Shown here piece after piece: positions 36,239-50,738 of a stretch of DNA of 64,000 nucleotides (its first letter is position 1; every line of letters begins with the position of its first letter). Location of the stretch: assembly GCA_050230475.1 (NCBI GenBank), contig JBFLGF010000043.1, forward strand, positions 1 to 64,000, given 5' to 3'. Under the pieces are notes generated by a model. The model was not told where the DNA came from and did no database searches. It was given only the letters and a program-made list of their open reading frames with translations. Position numbers and translations under genes: made by a program. The DNA is from Ancylonema sp. Taxonomy: Eukaryota.

Positions 36239-38174
36239 CTAAGGGATGAACAGAAGCAACACGTCAAAGATGCGGAAAATGTTCCACAATCAGATGCAGC
36301 TAGTGCAGTTCAGAACTTGAAATACTTCAAATGAAGCAGTAATGGTAAGGTGGTTGGAGAAAAGTTGAATGGGTTGTGGATCTTCAGACACCCTGGGAGA
36401 GGAGATGCAACCAATTGTGAAGCACTATCGACCTAAATCATGTGAACTACGCTTCCGAGCTAATGGCGCTATGGCTGCTGGAGTTAGCTCGAGCGACGCC
36501 ATAATAATTATTAAAAAAAAAAAAAAAAAAAAAGGTCGTACATGCCGCCCACCGTCACCCTTTCATTCAGATGCCTACTTTTCCCATAATCTCGACATCG
36601 GATACAGCCAATACTCCCTTAATTGCATTAGCAGCTCGTCAGAGTTAGGACCTACCCTTTCTCCTGTGATCTGGATATTTTGATTTTGACGCATGTTGAT
36701 TTCCACCCGCCCGCCAAACCTGGACTAAATCAGCGTCACTGTGTCACATCGGGACGGAGATGTAGCTTCCAAAGTTCAATTTGTATTGATCTTCCTGAAA
36801 TATATTGATAAATCCGTATCATCCGATCACAACCAGGGCGCAAGGAATCCTGAACCTCGACGATGAACCGCAGTTCATTGCATTCTGTGAGATGTACCAA
36901 AGGTTTTCCGAAGACTTTTCGTGCTCAGACTTGACACGGGGTAGGACTCCGTTTGCTGCAATATCGATCACTGTTTGTAGCAGAATGCCGGCCGGGTACT
37001 GTCTGACAACTTGTATCTGAGGTGGAGCAGAATCTGGTCGCCAACGTGGAATGGGCGCATAACGTGAGTCACGTGGCCACCTATCACGAGTCGAATGTGC
37101 CACATAGGAATTGGTTTCAATTAAGAAATGCCAGCGTGCCATGCACATTGATGCCAGCGTGTCATGACCTTTCTGACATGCGTCTGGATGAGAGGTCTCT
37201 GGAAGGAGGGATGAGAGGTCTCTGGGGGATGAGTGAACGGAGGACTCATGTCAGCTGAGAACGTGTAGCCCTTGTGATGTATTGCCAGCGCCTTATACTA
37301 CCACTTCTCACTGGCAAGAGTTACAAGTCACAAAAGTACAGCATCGGTTTTACTGAACACGTCTTTGGTGCGGGTGAAGTCACTTTTGAAGGTCAGTTGA
37401 CACGTCCACTCTGCTGTCCGAGTACAGTACATCAACGGGCTGCATTCGAAGGGAGAGGATTCGGTGACCGGAGCGTGAGGGCAAGCTTCCGAAATATATT
37501 GTCATACTTCCAACGAACAACTAGGAGTGTAACGAAGGTATTGGTCGTGCATCAGTTCTCAGTCTCGAAGGGCAGTAAAGACGGGGGGGCGATAAGTGAT
37601 CGGTATGGAGAATCTTCGACTCGTTTGCTCCGCTGATTTGATTTCGTGCTCCAAACCACCGACGTAGAAACGTAGATTCCGCTATGTTACTCTAGCGCCA
37701 CAACTGACTGTGCCCTCACTGGCCGCACTTAGAGCAGGAGGAAACCAGCCAGTCCTTCCTGGAGGAAATGCTGCTACTATATCTTGTGAACTTATGTCTG
37801 CCTTTCCAAGGTTGACAAGTCGTAAGTACTCCATAATGCTTTTAAGCAAACCCGTAAAAATTCTTGAGGCTGCAAATACACATGGGCAGCTATATTTATA
37901 AGTAAGGATTAAAAACTGCTACTTCAGCAGACGTTTGCTGGATTCGTTGTCTGAGAGGAACACATTCAGTTTCCTTATTGATTCCAGCGGCAACGGCAGC
38001 AGTAAGTGGAATGGGACGAATTCAGCAAAAAAAAGAAAGTTCAAATTTTCCAGTGTCGAAATTCTAGTTTGCATCTTTATGTACGTCTACAGCAATCTCT
38101 CCACAAGTTCAGACTCTCTAACTTTCTGAAATGAATCTCCCTTTCTTGATTCCTGCCAGTCAAGCCAGGATTCC

Positions 38175-40046
38175 ATGGCGGACAAGTGGTGGTCTCCTGA
38201 CAGCGTGGCAGTGGTGACGGGAGCCAACAAAGGCATCGGTGTCTTCATTGCTCGCCGTCTGGCTGGGCAGGGCCTGACCACCATACTCACTGCTCGCCAG
38301 CCAGGTCTTGGGGAGGAAGCCGTGCAGAAGCTCAAGGGAGAGGGGTTGGAGAATGTGGTGTTCCATCAGCTAGACATCACGGATGAGGACTCAATCACCG
38401 AATTCTCTAGGTGAGAGAATGTACAATCTCCCAGGCACTGGACAGACGACGAGGTGGGGATGGGTGGATATAATTGTTCCTTGCACATTCAGCACCATTG
38501 ACATTCTAAGTGGAGAGGCGACAGCAAAATTATCTCATATCCCGGGGACCTGGCTTCGAACTGACATTAAAGCTTGGATTATCTAACCTTGGATTACTAG
38601 CATCCAAGCTTAGATTAGTGCCATTGATCACTGTATTTGCCCTGACCTTGCCACGTGCTACTCTGCCTTACCATGCCTTATTGCCATTAATTTTTGCAAA
38701 GACTATTTTTTGCAAAACGACGCGATAGTATGATGTGATATCTGACAGGGGCAGGTAAGTCCTGTCCCAAAAGGATGTTTCGCTCTGGTTCGTCTTCCAA
38801 TTGCCCATACTCTTTATCCTCATACTTTTCGATGCCATCTCTCCAAAGGGCTCTGGCCCCAACTCCCACAGAAATCGGAATGCACCATGAGGCCATGAGG
38901 CCATGAAGCCATTCTCTTACTCACTTACTTACTTCGCCCTGTATCTTTCTTCTCTCTTCTTGCCAGCTGGCTTAAGGAGAAGTATGGAGGGTTGGACATT
39001 CTGGTCAACAACGCTGGCTGTGCTCACAAGGGGAATGTTTTTGGGGCGGAGGAAGCGCAGTATGTGCTGAATGTGAACTACCGTGGCACGAAACACGTGA
39101 CAGAGGCTCTGCTGCCTCTCCTGCGCAAGTCCGTGGCTGGAGCTCGAGTGGTGTTTGTGTGCTCCATGGCAGGGACACTTAGAATTGTGGGCGAAAAACT
39201 TCGGGTAGGTGCCGACACAGATCAAGGCTGCATTCTTTATTACAAAGACGCCACACTTCTACGCACAATCTGCACTACTTGTTTGTGGATTTTCCAGACT
39301 TTTTGAATGACAATGGAATATTAAACCACGTCCTTTTCCCAAAACTTGATTCCCTTGTGAGCACGAACTCCGTTGCATCAATTCAGTGGCAAGAACCGAG
39401 CTTGACATCTGTGACCATCTGGTGTACGACATGCCACAAGAAGAACCATTCCTAAGGAGGATGTTCACGTTCGTAACCTTAACCTACCCCCCCCCCTCTG
39501 TGCTCCAGTCCGAATTCACTCGTCCAGACCTGAGTCAAGATCAGCTGTCCTCCCTGGTGGACGAGTTTCCAAAAGCGATCGCAGTTGGCACCCACCGCCA
39601 CTCAGGGTGGCCCTCCTCCATGTACGGAGTGTCCAAGCTGGCAGAGGCCACGTACACAAGAATACTGGCGAGGGAGGTGGCGAGCAGGCCAGAGGGGGAG
39701 AAGTAAGGGGGAGGGAGATGCATTGCGTGGTGTACCGCGAATAACAGCGAGCAGAATATAAATTCATGATTGTGCGACTTTGGCACTCTGTCCAAACCAC
39801 AGCTGGTTGCTGGACCAAAAGCTTGTGTAATATAAATATTTTCATACATTTAGCAATTCTTTATTTCCACGTCTTTGTCTCAGGGTGTTTGTCAACGCGT
39901 GCTGCCCAGGCTGGTGCTCTACCGACATGTCGTCCTGGGGGGGTAGGAAGACAGCAGATGAGGGAGCGGAGACACCTGTTTTTCTGGCGCTGCATCCACC
40001 TACGTCGGGTGCATTCTTCTCCGAGAAGGTGGAAGAGTCTTTCTGA
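38175..40046 (+). CDS. Short-chain dehydrogenase/reductase, carbonyl reductase/(+)-neomenthol dehydrogenase-like; 4 exons
   Basis: Exons 38175-38410, 38967-39204, 39509-39702, 39884-40046; TGANKGIG, DILVNNAG, YGVSK, VNACCPGWCSTDM. Confidence 0.92.
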
Positions 40047-41206
40047 GCACCACGGATTCCCACAACAATCTCTCTTCTAACAGGCCGAGCACTTCTACAA
40101 CTGCTCGGCGGCATTTTTTACGGGTGTTTTTGCTTCTCGTCTCATGTCATTTGTGTAGTATTATGGTGGCATCCATTGGACACTGGTCTTGGATTCTGTT
40201 AGAAGAACAATCAGATGTCCGGACTGATATGACCGATCGTTCCAGAAGTGGTTGTGAATAGAAGGGCACCCCTTCAATTTGAGAGATCTTTATTCATGAT
40301 AGCCCAGACAACAATAGGCAGAAAGGTATTGTCAGGTGTCAGGTACAGCCAAGATAATGGAAGGTGATTGTGGTTGATTGATTGATTGATTGGCGTACAA
40401 TGAATTGTACGCCAAGTGGGTAGAGCGGTAGGGGAATTCAATTATGCATAGTGGCGAGGCACTCTTTGTAAACTTGGGTGAGGTTGGGGATTCTGCACAA
40501 TCTTCACGTACGTCTCACGGTTCCCGAACAGGGAATTGCAGTTTCAAAAATCCACATGTTGTACAACTTTTAAATAATGGAATTGTGTTGCATTGGGGAG
40601 TCCTGCTCTGTTTGTCAATATTCAATGAACCAATTTCTTAACCCATTTCAGTGGATGCATTAGGAAGACCACACAATGTGATGTCACAAGAGAGTTACAC
40701 TACCTCAGAAGCTCCCAGACCATACTTGCAAGGGCTGGTGGCTATCTTCAAAGAAAACTAGTAGACTCGATTCATCCTTCTCTGATCGGACTGAGAGCTG
40801 CGTACATGGTGCACTGGTTTGCTTTTTGAGCCGTCACCACCTGGTAAGCATGCTGCACCACATACTGAGCCACTTTTGAGTACAAAGATAAAATAATCTC
40901 CCAAGTCTGAACTTATGCACCTCAAAATTATCATATCTTTGCTTTCCACATTGTGAGTCGCATGCAAGCTCACCAAATCTCTCCCTTACAATATCCACCT
41001 TCTAACTATCCCCAGCTTTATTGATTTCATATCAGAATTTATCAACGCTATGATGCTGATAAACTAGTAAAACCATCGATTTGTTGTGTGCCACAGCACA
41101 CTGAATTGTGTATAAAGACATAATAAATAACCAGAAGATACCGAAGGTGACCACGTATGTACACACGTGTTCAATGAACTGGGTTAGGACCCACGATCTC
41201 CTCAAA

Positions 41207-43404
41207 TTACAGTTGCGCAATCTGAGTCTCCACTTGTTGAAGTTTGCTACAAAACCTTCCTTTCAACTTCTTCAGTGCTCGAGTTAAAGCCGTTGCCCCC
41301 TCTCTACTCAGCCTGCCGGCCGAATCAATTACCACGGCCACCTGTGTCACCCCACCAGACTCAGGCAATCAGTCATTGGGTTACAGATTCAGGGGAAAAC
41401 AGAACCAGCATTTCACTGCTGCGCGCAGCCAGAGAGCTTACCGTAGTGGCCACACATAATGACCCGTGTTTTTTTTTACGAATTCATTTAACCAAGAAAC
41501 CACCACTTTACCTAACCCGCGCACCAATATAAAATTTCCCAAAATCCTGAAAAAAATATATACTATCCGGTGACCTACATTATATAATGAACCACTTTTT
41601 TGAAAATTATTTAATTTGACCAGACCCACCCTTTTCATAATGTGTGGCCAGTACGGTAATCAAAACACCTTTTTACGAAGGCTTTCTTACTCTGGCCCCT
41701 GAGCATACAATCAAGCGCTGTCGTCCATCCGCCAAACTGTCTCCCGTTCCTTTACTTCTCCTCACCTCAATGTCTTCCAGTTCGCCGTAGGCGGCCTCTG
41801 GGATGTGCAGACAACCCTTCACCTCTTCCCCATCTGACCCGTGTGCTTGTCTCCCTGCACCCCATACGTCTCTTTTGCCATATCAACAACCATCCACTAC
41901 AGGCTCTACTATACTATCCTACTGAAGAATGTCAGCTGGTCATCTTTACAGTCCGTTCCAACTCGTGCCCTGTGTCCTGGACACTGATATATACCTGAGT
42001 ATGCGACAGAAATGTCGAACAGGAATCCTGGGCGCCGTTTATTTCGCACAACAACTATGGTGGCCTGCACACCACAGGGCCCCACACGAATATTTTAGGC
42101 AATGTAATATGAATCAGATTGTGGTGAGGCCCGGCACGTAGATGAGTGTGAGGTCGAGATAAGGTTGGGAAATCCACTCAGGCTAAGGTCAGGCTCGGTT
42201 AAGATCAAATCCTAGGACTGGATGTTTGATGCTTGTTTGGTATTATTGAAGAAAGGGACAGGAGGGGTGGGATAATGGGCTTGCATCTCCTTCGCAGGAC
42301 TTGAGCGAGAATTTGAAGTTGTAGTCCGTGCCATCTACGGACACCACCTCACTGAACTGAACCGCCTCCTGCAGGGCAACCAGGACATACAGAGGGCGAC
42401 AAGCAAAGAGTGGGCGTCCACTTTAGGGCACAAGCAAAGAGAGTATGATATTGTATTCTTGGGGGGGTGAATAGTGCCCAGATTATCGAGGGTCGCTCTG
42501 CAAACCTCGTTTGTTTCTATGCTGGCTGCTTCACCACTTGATACGAGGCTGAGTTTCCTTGCAAAGTATAATCAACAAGCTTTGGGAGGGTGAGGTTGCA
42601 GACTTGTCAGTGACGTGCAGTCCAGTTAAGCAGACTGATTCATGGGATACCAACACCGTAATATTCAAAGGCACCTATCTCTAGAAGTGAGATATCTGAA
42701 CGGAGAGATGGAAAAATTAGCTGCAGAAGATGCTGCAGGACGACCGTGTACTTTCGATGTGCGTACACTGACTGATAAGTAGACTTGAAGAACAAAAACT
42801 TACTGGTATGGAAACAAATATACGGTTCAAAGGTAGAAGGATAGCAGGACGTACGGTTATTCGCAGACGTGCCCAATCATTCAAACTTTTCTCCTCCCAC
42901 GTTCCAGCCTGCACGGGGATGGCATACCAATGCGAAATGGTAACGAAAGTAGGCAGCACACTATAAAATTATAGGATACAGTAGCCTGGGTCGAGTGATT
43001 GTTATTACTGTAACAAGCTTATTTGACTGCTGATAGTTGAGTGTGACCTCAAAAAAGGAGGCTTGCAAGGCGTGAAACAGCATTGTTACTGAAAACGAAA
43101 GGGGTAAGAAGTCTATGGAAGATGACCGCCACATATTATGTATTTGCCCGAAGTATTCAGTACACCACTGTCTTGTTACTGCATAACGGAGCGATGAACG
43201 GGGCCGCACTCAATGTTCTGACGCAAAGAAACTCACCTGGTTCCATAATGATCCTTGGGTATTGGACTGTGAAAGAGCGGCAAGCTCCTCGTCGCTCAGC
43301 TTTCTTGGCGCGGCAACGGGGGCTTCAGGAGCTGACCCAGATTGACCAGAAGTCCAGTATGTGTACGAAATGTCTTTCTTGGTCACACTAGGCTTCGGCG
43401 CCAT
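41207..43404 (-). CDS. Aha1 N-terminal-domain protein (Hsp90 co-chaperone-like); 6 exons
   Basis: SYTYW...PRKLS...GSLWNQ|AGTWEEKSLNDWA, CEGD|ATIVVVRNKRRPGF, VKGCLHIPEAAYGELED; last exon 41341-41207. Confidence 0.85.
41441..41656. mobile_element. 216-bp Tc1/mariner-type MITE in the last intron of the Aha1-like gene
   Basis: TIRs ccgtagtggccacacataatga / tcataatgtgtggccagtacgg; TA on both sides. Confidence 0.85.
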
Positions 43405-43748
43405 GTGCCGATGCAGTTTGCGTACAGACGCTGCTATTCAACGCCGGGGAACGAGACGAATTGCATGAGCTACAGTGAATGCACTGCGGAAAACTTCACG
43501 CATTGTGGAACATCCCAAATGATTGCGGCAGAAAATTGGCCCAGAAGGTAGTGCTCCGAGGTTCGCAGAGAGTGGTAGACTCGGATCTGCCGTTCTCCCT
43601 CCCATCAATTCCACGCCAAAAAAACACATTTCTCAATTGAACGAACGAAATAATAACTAGATCCGGTCAATGACCGTCAAACTTAGGTCTTGAGGTGATT
43701 TATATTTTTAAGATTAGGTGCCCTGTGCCATGTGTCCTGTGTCCTGTC

Positions 43749-44828
43749 TAGGGTTGTTACCTCCGCGCCAACCGCGCGGCGGCCAACCGCGCAACCGCGC
43801 GATGGCCAGCCCCGACCGCGCTCATGTAGGTAACGGTTGGCCCACCCGGGTGGCTTTTGGCCAGCCGCAAGCCAACTCCCGCCCGGTTGGCGAACCCCCA
43901 CCCGGGTGGGATGCAGTTGGGGCGGTTGGGTTGTGGTTGGGTGCGGTTGGGGTGCGGTTGGGTGCGGTTGGGTATATTGAAAGAAAGGGGGAAAAAACGT
44001 AAAAAGCTTTTTTTTTTGGTACCCTCTCTGTCTCTCTCTCTATCGAAGTAAAAATTGAAAATAGGATATGGCGTACATACTTCTTTACATACTTTCTTCT
44101 TTCAATATATTTGAATCATACGTGAAGGGTTCCTTTCGGATACCTTTCGGTTCCTACATTTAATTATTGCTTTTCACGTGCTCATTTTGTGAACCATCCC
44201 ATACTCATTTACGATGTGTACTTGTCTATAACTTGTTTACTAAACACATACATCATTCTACATTCTTCATTCTACTCTCTCGTAAATTTCCATTTCCCTC
44301 CCCCCACAATTCTCCACATTTTGATAGAGCGTTCATGCGGGGAGACAAAGGGGACATTAACAATTTGTTCATATTGCCATATATGTTGTTTACTCTACCA
44401 ATAATAATATATTATGTTGTTTCTAAGAAGAGGTCAAGTAGACAAGAAGTAGCGGACGAACATCAGAATGGAGCAAAGAAGGAAGAATGGATTCGGTGGC
44501 AGAGAAGCCCTCCCATACATGAACTACGTGTGTCGGTATTTAACTTCGACGGTTTGTTTTTGGTTTGACGTGGTTCTTGGAATTTCGTTATAGAATTCAA
44601 TTTTTTACCCTACTTTTGAATTTAGCTTTTTGATTTTTTCGTTGTGTTTTGACATTTTCCCAACCGCCCAACCGCATCCCACCCGGGTGGCAACTTCCCA
44701 ACCGGGTGGCGGTTGGGATGCAGTTGGGAAAAAGCCACCCGGGTGGGCCCAACCGAAACGGTTGGGTGCGGTTGGGCGCGGATGGTACTTTACCTACCGC
44801 GGTGAAAAATGCGGAGGTAACAACCCTA
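43749..44828. mobile_element. Non-autonomous hAT element with intact TIRs and 8-bp TSD
   Basis: TIR tagggttgttacctccgc at both ends; TSD GTCCTGTC at 43741-48 and 44829-36; subterminal caaccgc/gcggttg repeats. Confidence 0.93.
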
Positions 44829-47072
44829 GTCCTGTCGCCGGGTTAAACGTGCTGTAAATTGCTACCGGTCGGCGGACGCGCGGTGTCGGCCGATAGAGGT
44901 AGACGCCGTCAGTTCTGCCGGTCAATCTCGCCATTCTGTCTCGACTGCAGCTCTCGACTCAGCTCTCTCGAAGAAAGCTACCCAGTATCGCAGTACATCA
45001 ATGCAATTCTACCGTCCTTCAAACGAAAAAAAATCAGCAGCTGCCACCAGCACCACTCCAAACCGAGCGGAACGGAGGTTTCGAATGCGACTGCTTGCCC
45101 GCCTGCCTGCGACTACGACTGCCAATCAGCCATTTGTCAGCCAACAACAGTATGAAGGTAAGCGCAAAGCAAACGTAACAGGTTTTGAAACTGCGAATTG
45201 TGGCTTGCTACTGTGCCTGCGACTGCTGCTGCGATATGCGACTGCGAGCGAAGCAGCTAGCCAGCCAGCTATCAGGCCAGCCAGCTAGGTGTCACTCTCT
45301 CTCTCTATCTCTCGCTCTCTCACTCTCAGTCTCGCGCTCTCGCGCTCCTGAGTTTTGTGTAGTGCTCTGTAGTTCTGTTCGCGTCTGTTATTTTAGCCTT
45401 CCTAGGGTATTTACGCTGCTGGCATGTTCTGCCTCTTATGCAAGCTCTGCGTCAAGCAAGATTGCGGGAGCCAAAAATATACACATCAAGTTCATTCTGA
45501 CGTGCAACGGGGGTTGTCTTACAGATGTATGTACTAGCCAGCCAGCCTGCCCGCCTGCCAGCCAACTAGCCAACCGGGCAGCCATCCAGACAGCTAGCTA
45601 GCCTGACAACCAACCTGTTAATCGATTTTGAAATTGTGTAAAATAGAAAGCGTGAGATATAATTGTACGAGAAAATATTAGAACAAAAACCAGATGTTTT
45701 ATTTCTGTTTTTTTTCGAAACCTTCAGCTAGAGCGACCCTATAGACGCTCGCTGGCTCACTAAATAAATAATAAACAAGTACTCTGTGTGACGCTAGGAT
45801 TCTAGTGTTACCTAGCATCCGGTACGCCAGACCCCTCGTGCCACATATCGCACATCCCACAGGGATGAGGGTAGATATCGCAAAATCAACATCATGCAGG
45901 GTTGTAGTAGGGGGGCCTACCACATGAAATCGCATGCTGAAACAAACGCGAAATTCTTGAGCAGGTGGTGTAAGCATAGATGGGTCAGCACCGTGCGCAA
46001 GATTTGCGCGCGCGTGCGGCACGCGTGCGCTCGCGCAAATCGACTGAAATTTGACTAAGTAGTGAGTACTGACCATTTTGCACTGTAAGTAGTTTGATAT
46101 AACGTCTTAGGCCCTAAATTGAATACTGCCACGTTGTAACCGGTTCATCATACACATTTCATGAATTTGGAAACATCCCGGCACCCCTGGGGTGTAGGAA
46201 GTACCCCCCCCCCCCCGGGATAATAAAAAATAATTTTAATACCTATGGGTCAGCGCCGTGCGCGAGATTTGCGCGCGCGCGTGGAATGCGGGCGCGAGCG
46301 CACGCCTGCGGGACGCGCGCTTCAAAGCGTAAGGTGTAAGTGCTGGCCCCCTACTTACAACCTCCAACCCCCGAAACTCAAAAAGAATCTCACGCAAAAT
46401 TTTCACGCAAATTTTCAAGAAAACGTGAAAATAAGCCAATCACAGCACGACATGTCAGCGCTGACATGTCAACCAGACTTCAAAAAACATTAAAATCGTC
46501 AAATCCGGAAACATCAGCCAATCACGAACACGGCAGGGTATGACGTGGAAAGAATCGTACAGATGTACGGTCCATGTCAGATTATTTCAACGAGCCGAAA
46601 GGAACTGATGAAACTCAGGTCTCTTGAAAAGAGACCTGAGTAAAATGCTACTAACGAAACGTTATTTATTTATTTATTCCGGGAAGTTCGAGCCCCGCTA
46701 AATAAACTACAGTTGCGTGCGAAGTTTTACAGAGGACAGACGCGATAATCACGGGATCATCGGGATGCTCACTGACAAAGGTCTCCCGGACGAAGTCAAC
46801 ACTTCGTCAAAGGAGTGCCTCCAGCACCACTGGATTATCCGCCCTCTCCATCTTCAGAGGGGAGGCCTTGAGAACCTCGGCATCGAAGGCGCCTGCTCAA
46901 GCTGCAGAGGAGCTGAAGGAGTGACTGACAAACTTCCTAGTTCTACGATCCACAGACACCCTCACACTGCCCTTGATTTCTGATGTGATCACTTCCCATA
47001 CATTGTTGGGCATCACACCTTTGACTACTGTCAGAAATATACCGAAAGGCCGAATCGATCAATCGGAGCTGA

Positions 47073-50000
47073 ATGGCTGCGGTGGACACCATTGCTCCTC
47101 GAAGTGGCTCTACGCATTCGAGCGTTGCCGCCCTCTTTGGGGATGACACAGACTCACAGGTGAAGAATCGCAACGTTTAGACGTTTAGATCATTCCTTGA
47201 TCAGAAGCAGAGTGAAAATGAATCTCCGTGAGGAGCAAGCTGAACGTGTCGCCCCAGTTTGTATCCGACAGCAGACCTCAGCTTCTTGTCGGACGAGCAA
47301 CTGAAATTCATCGTTCGCGCTCCTTCAAATCTAGAAAGTTTTTAAGTGTTACGACTTTCGGCAGTGCTGGTATATATTTTCCAAGCCAAGTCGCCTGACT
47401 GCCCCGAAATTCATGGTTGCAGCCACTATGGTTCAAAAAAGAGGCCTTTGGCGTGACCAGCTTCAACCCCGAGACGTACATTGCCGCCCTGCGACGTTAT
47501 GTGCCCCTGGAGACCCTGCGAACAGAGCTGCGAAGCCATTTGAGTTCACTCAAGGGAGAGCTTGTGGACCTCATCAATCGGGACTACACGGACTTTGTCA
47601 ACCTGTCCACCAAACTGGTCGGTGTCAATTACTGTAGCTGAACGGCAGGACTGAGCCTGAAAAGTTGAAGTCTGCTGTTTTACTATTTTTAATTTTATTT
47701 ACTAGACATAATGAGACTAACTAGGCAGCTATGGGTCTGGTTAGCAGAGGAGAATACGAATCCATTCACCTCTCGTGTAGTTACCCCACCTTCACCTCTA
47801 TGTTCAGACAGCGGCCTGAAGTCATCCTTGGTTCCACCTTCCCTAACTCTACGTTTTTACCCACACCTTCTCTCAAGCTGTCGCCTGCTTTTGCTCATCC
47901 TTCCTTCACTCAGACACGTCCGCATGTGAAGCTTGCTAGAGTTGCTCCCTTCCAACGGTACAAGGCCACGTGGTGTGCCAGGTGGACGTAGATGGAGCTG
48001 TCCTGCGTATGCGCATGCCCCTGAACGAGTTGAGGGCCAAGCTGCAAACCCTCCGGGAAAACGTGGCTGCAGCTCTTCAATCCCTGGAGGAGGGGCTCCA
48101 GAGGAGAGCAGAGGCAGCAGCTGTTCGGAGTACACTCGAGCTGCTGCTGGACACCTCGCACGTGCTCTCCAAGGTAGGGGAACAAGGAACAGGAGCAAGA
48201 GTCTCAGATTCTTTAATTGTTTACAATTTCATGGCCGGTGATCTGGCACTAATAGGGCCAGGGGAGTAGCAGACGGACTTCTGGTTGCATCGTGTTAATG
48301 TTGTAGGCGTTAAATCCTGTGCTCAAACAACACATTTGGATCCTCATTCAAGCACAGAACAGGAGCAAACCTTCTTTCCTTTTCCGATGGTGCAGGTGGA
48401 GAAGCTGTTGGTGGAGCTGCACAGCATGCCACAACCCCAACCTCCCTCCGGCAAAGGAGGCAGTGCAGCGCAAGTCGAAGAAGCCCGCAGCAGACTGCTG
48501 GAGCGGATCGGAAGCGAGATGAATCGCCTCAACTTCTACACAGCTCGAGCCAAGGTGAAGAACCACCTTCCCACCCACCACATCCCCACAGAAAATCAAA
48601 ATACATACCAAAAAAAACCTTGAAATCGCGAGTGCTAACCCATACCACTGTTGAATGTTTTGTTTCCAGAACCTTCCGTTCGTGTTGCTCATGGAGCAGC
48701 GCATAAAGTCGGCTCACGACGCCCTCTCCTCCTCCCTCCACGCCTGCTTAGAATGGGGACTGAGGGAGCGCGACCCCTGCGTGCTTTACCACTGTCTACG
48801 AGCATACGCGTCACTGGACGACACAGGGGGGGCAGAGGAAGCATTCCGGAAAGCTGTGGTCGCCTCCCTGGTGGCTGCGGTGCTGCCACCTCCCACAGCC
48901 AAGGGGACGGCGCCACCTGGCGACCTGCTGGCGCCCGTGTACAAGGAGCTGGAGGGGCGGGTGGAATCCGAGTGCAAGTTTTTGTTGGAACTCGCGTCGG
49001 CCGCGCACTCGGGTCTCCACTCCTTTGACTTCGTGAGCAACAGCATACTAAGGGAGGTGCATGTAGGGATTCAGCGTGCGAGGCCGGGAGCCTTCTCTCC
49101 CGGCAAACCAGAGGAGTTCCAGGCAAACTACAAGGCCAGTCTGGCATTCCTCACCTTCCTGGAAGGTGCGATTTCCCCTCCCCCTTCTCTCTTCTCCCTA
49201 TTTTTCATGCAAACCCTCTAGTCCCTGAACGGTGGACGTGCCTGGGGTCGGCAGGCTTCTGTCCAACCTCCACTACTGTCCTCTCCCTCCGTCACCATGC
49301 GGCGTATGCGGACTTCAGTCGCCAATGGAACCTGGGGGTGTACTTCCTCACAAGGTCAGCGCCAGGTCACCCTAGCCCCTCTACCTCCCCCCGGGTGGTG
49401 CAGGCAGAAGCTGAAGGAGGGAGGTTGGGATGGTGAGGATGGCAGGTTCCGGGAAATCGCGGAAGCCCTGGACACGGTTCTGAGCAGTGCCACCCTGTCG
49501 CCAGCTGTACCCGGGGACAGAGGGGAAGGGGAGGGCAGCCCCCCTCTGGCTCTCCACTCCAGCTGTATGCTCTGGACCAGTCTGCTGCGCTGTTGGCATC
49601 CCAGCGTGTACACGGCCTCTGTGTCCGACAAGTTCTTCAAACTAACACTGCAGCTAATGGCGAGGTGAGAGGGAGAGGGGTGGGGGCGGGTTGGCATGCT
49701 GCCGTGAAATCTGGGGTGGGGAGTGGGGTGTCTGAGGAGGGGAAGGTGCGTCTGTCTGTGTGCAGATATAGTTCGTGGATCAATGCCGGGCTGGCAGCCC
49801 GGAAAAGTGGTCAAGGGGGTGGGGGGGAGTGGGGGTTGACAGCGTCAGCAGACGACTTTGTGCTCATTCGACACGACTTAGAATCATTAGCATCCGCAAT
49901 CGAGGGCCCCCACCTAATTGGCCTCCTGCCCGAGCGGTTGGGGCCCGCTGTGCCTCAGGAGGTGAAGGACAGCGTGGTGGGCAGCGTGAGGGAAGGGGCT

Positions 50001-50738
50001 CATGGCCTCAGGGGGCTCACCAGGGGAGTGTCCGACGTCCTCACGGACCTTCTCGTTGACAAGTGCTGCGATGTCCTTCGTCAGCTCAACGGCATCACGG
50101 CCACGTATCGCATGACCAACAAGCCGCTGCCCACCCGCCACTCTCACTACGTGTCCGCCATACTGCAGCCGCTCAGGGCGTTCCTGGAGGGGAGACGGGC
50201 GGAGTACCTGAAGAAAGAGGCGCAGACCGAGGTGGTCGCGTGGGTGACGGAGCGGGTGGCGGCCCGGTTTGATGAAATGGCCAGGGATTTGGTGACACGG
50301 GTAAGGGGGGCGGGGGGGGGGGGGGGGGGAACAGGTGGAGGGGAGGTGGGGGAGGTTGGGTGGGAGGTGACGTGGTGTTGCGGGTTGAGGACTGCAGGCG
50401 AAGAAGACGGAGACTTCTATCGCCCGATTGGCGTCCAAGTCTCGTAGAGGGACAGCGGAATCCGGGGGGGTGAGCGTATCGGATACAGAGAAGATCACGG
50501 CGCAGCTTTTTCTGGATGTGCAGGTCAGGAGGGAATCTGGGGACGGTAGGGTTCAGGATGAGATCCCCTGCGCTAGGGTGCACTGATTGTTTTTCTTGCT
50601 GTTTTGGTGTTTTGGGGTTATTTTCAGGAGCTTGGCCGGCAACTTGCGAAGTTTGATGTGAAGGCTGGAGAGATGAAGCCGTATCTTTCGCTGTGGCAAT
50701 GTGTGGCACCGCCGGAGAAAACAACGGTGGAGTTTTAG
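47073..50738 (+). CDS. COG2: Conserved oligomeric Golgi complex subunit 2
   Basis: Exon 1 47073-47159, then PLWFKK..ELVDLINRDYTDFVNLSTKL, LLERIGSEMNRL, RPGAFSPGKP, GITATYRMTNKPLP, VSDTEKITAQLFLDVQ, LWQCVAPP. Confidence 0.93.

Noticed and set aside
45240..46500. agccagcc, (CT)n and duplicated atgggtcagc.ccgtgcgc.agatttgcgcgcgc motifs
   Set aside because: Probably TE remnants, but no paired TIR or TSD could be defined
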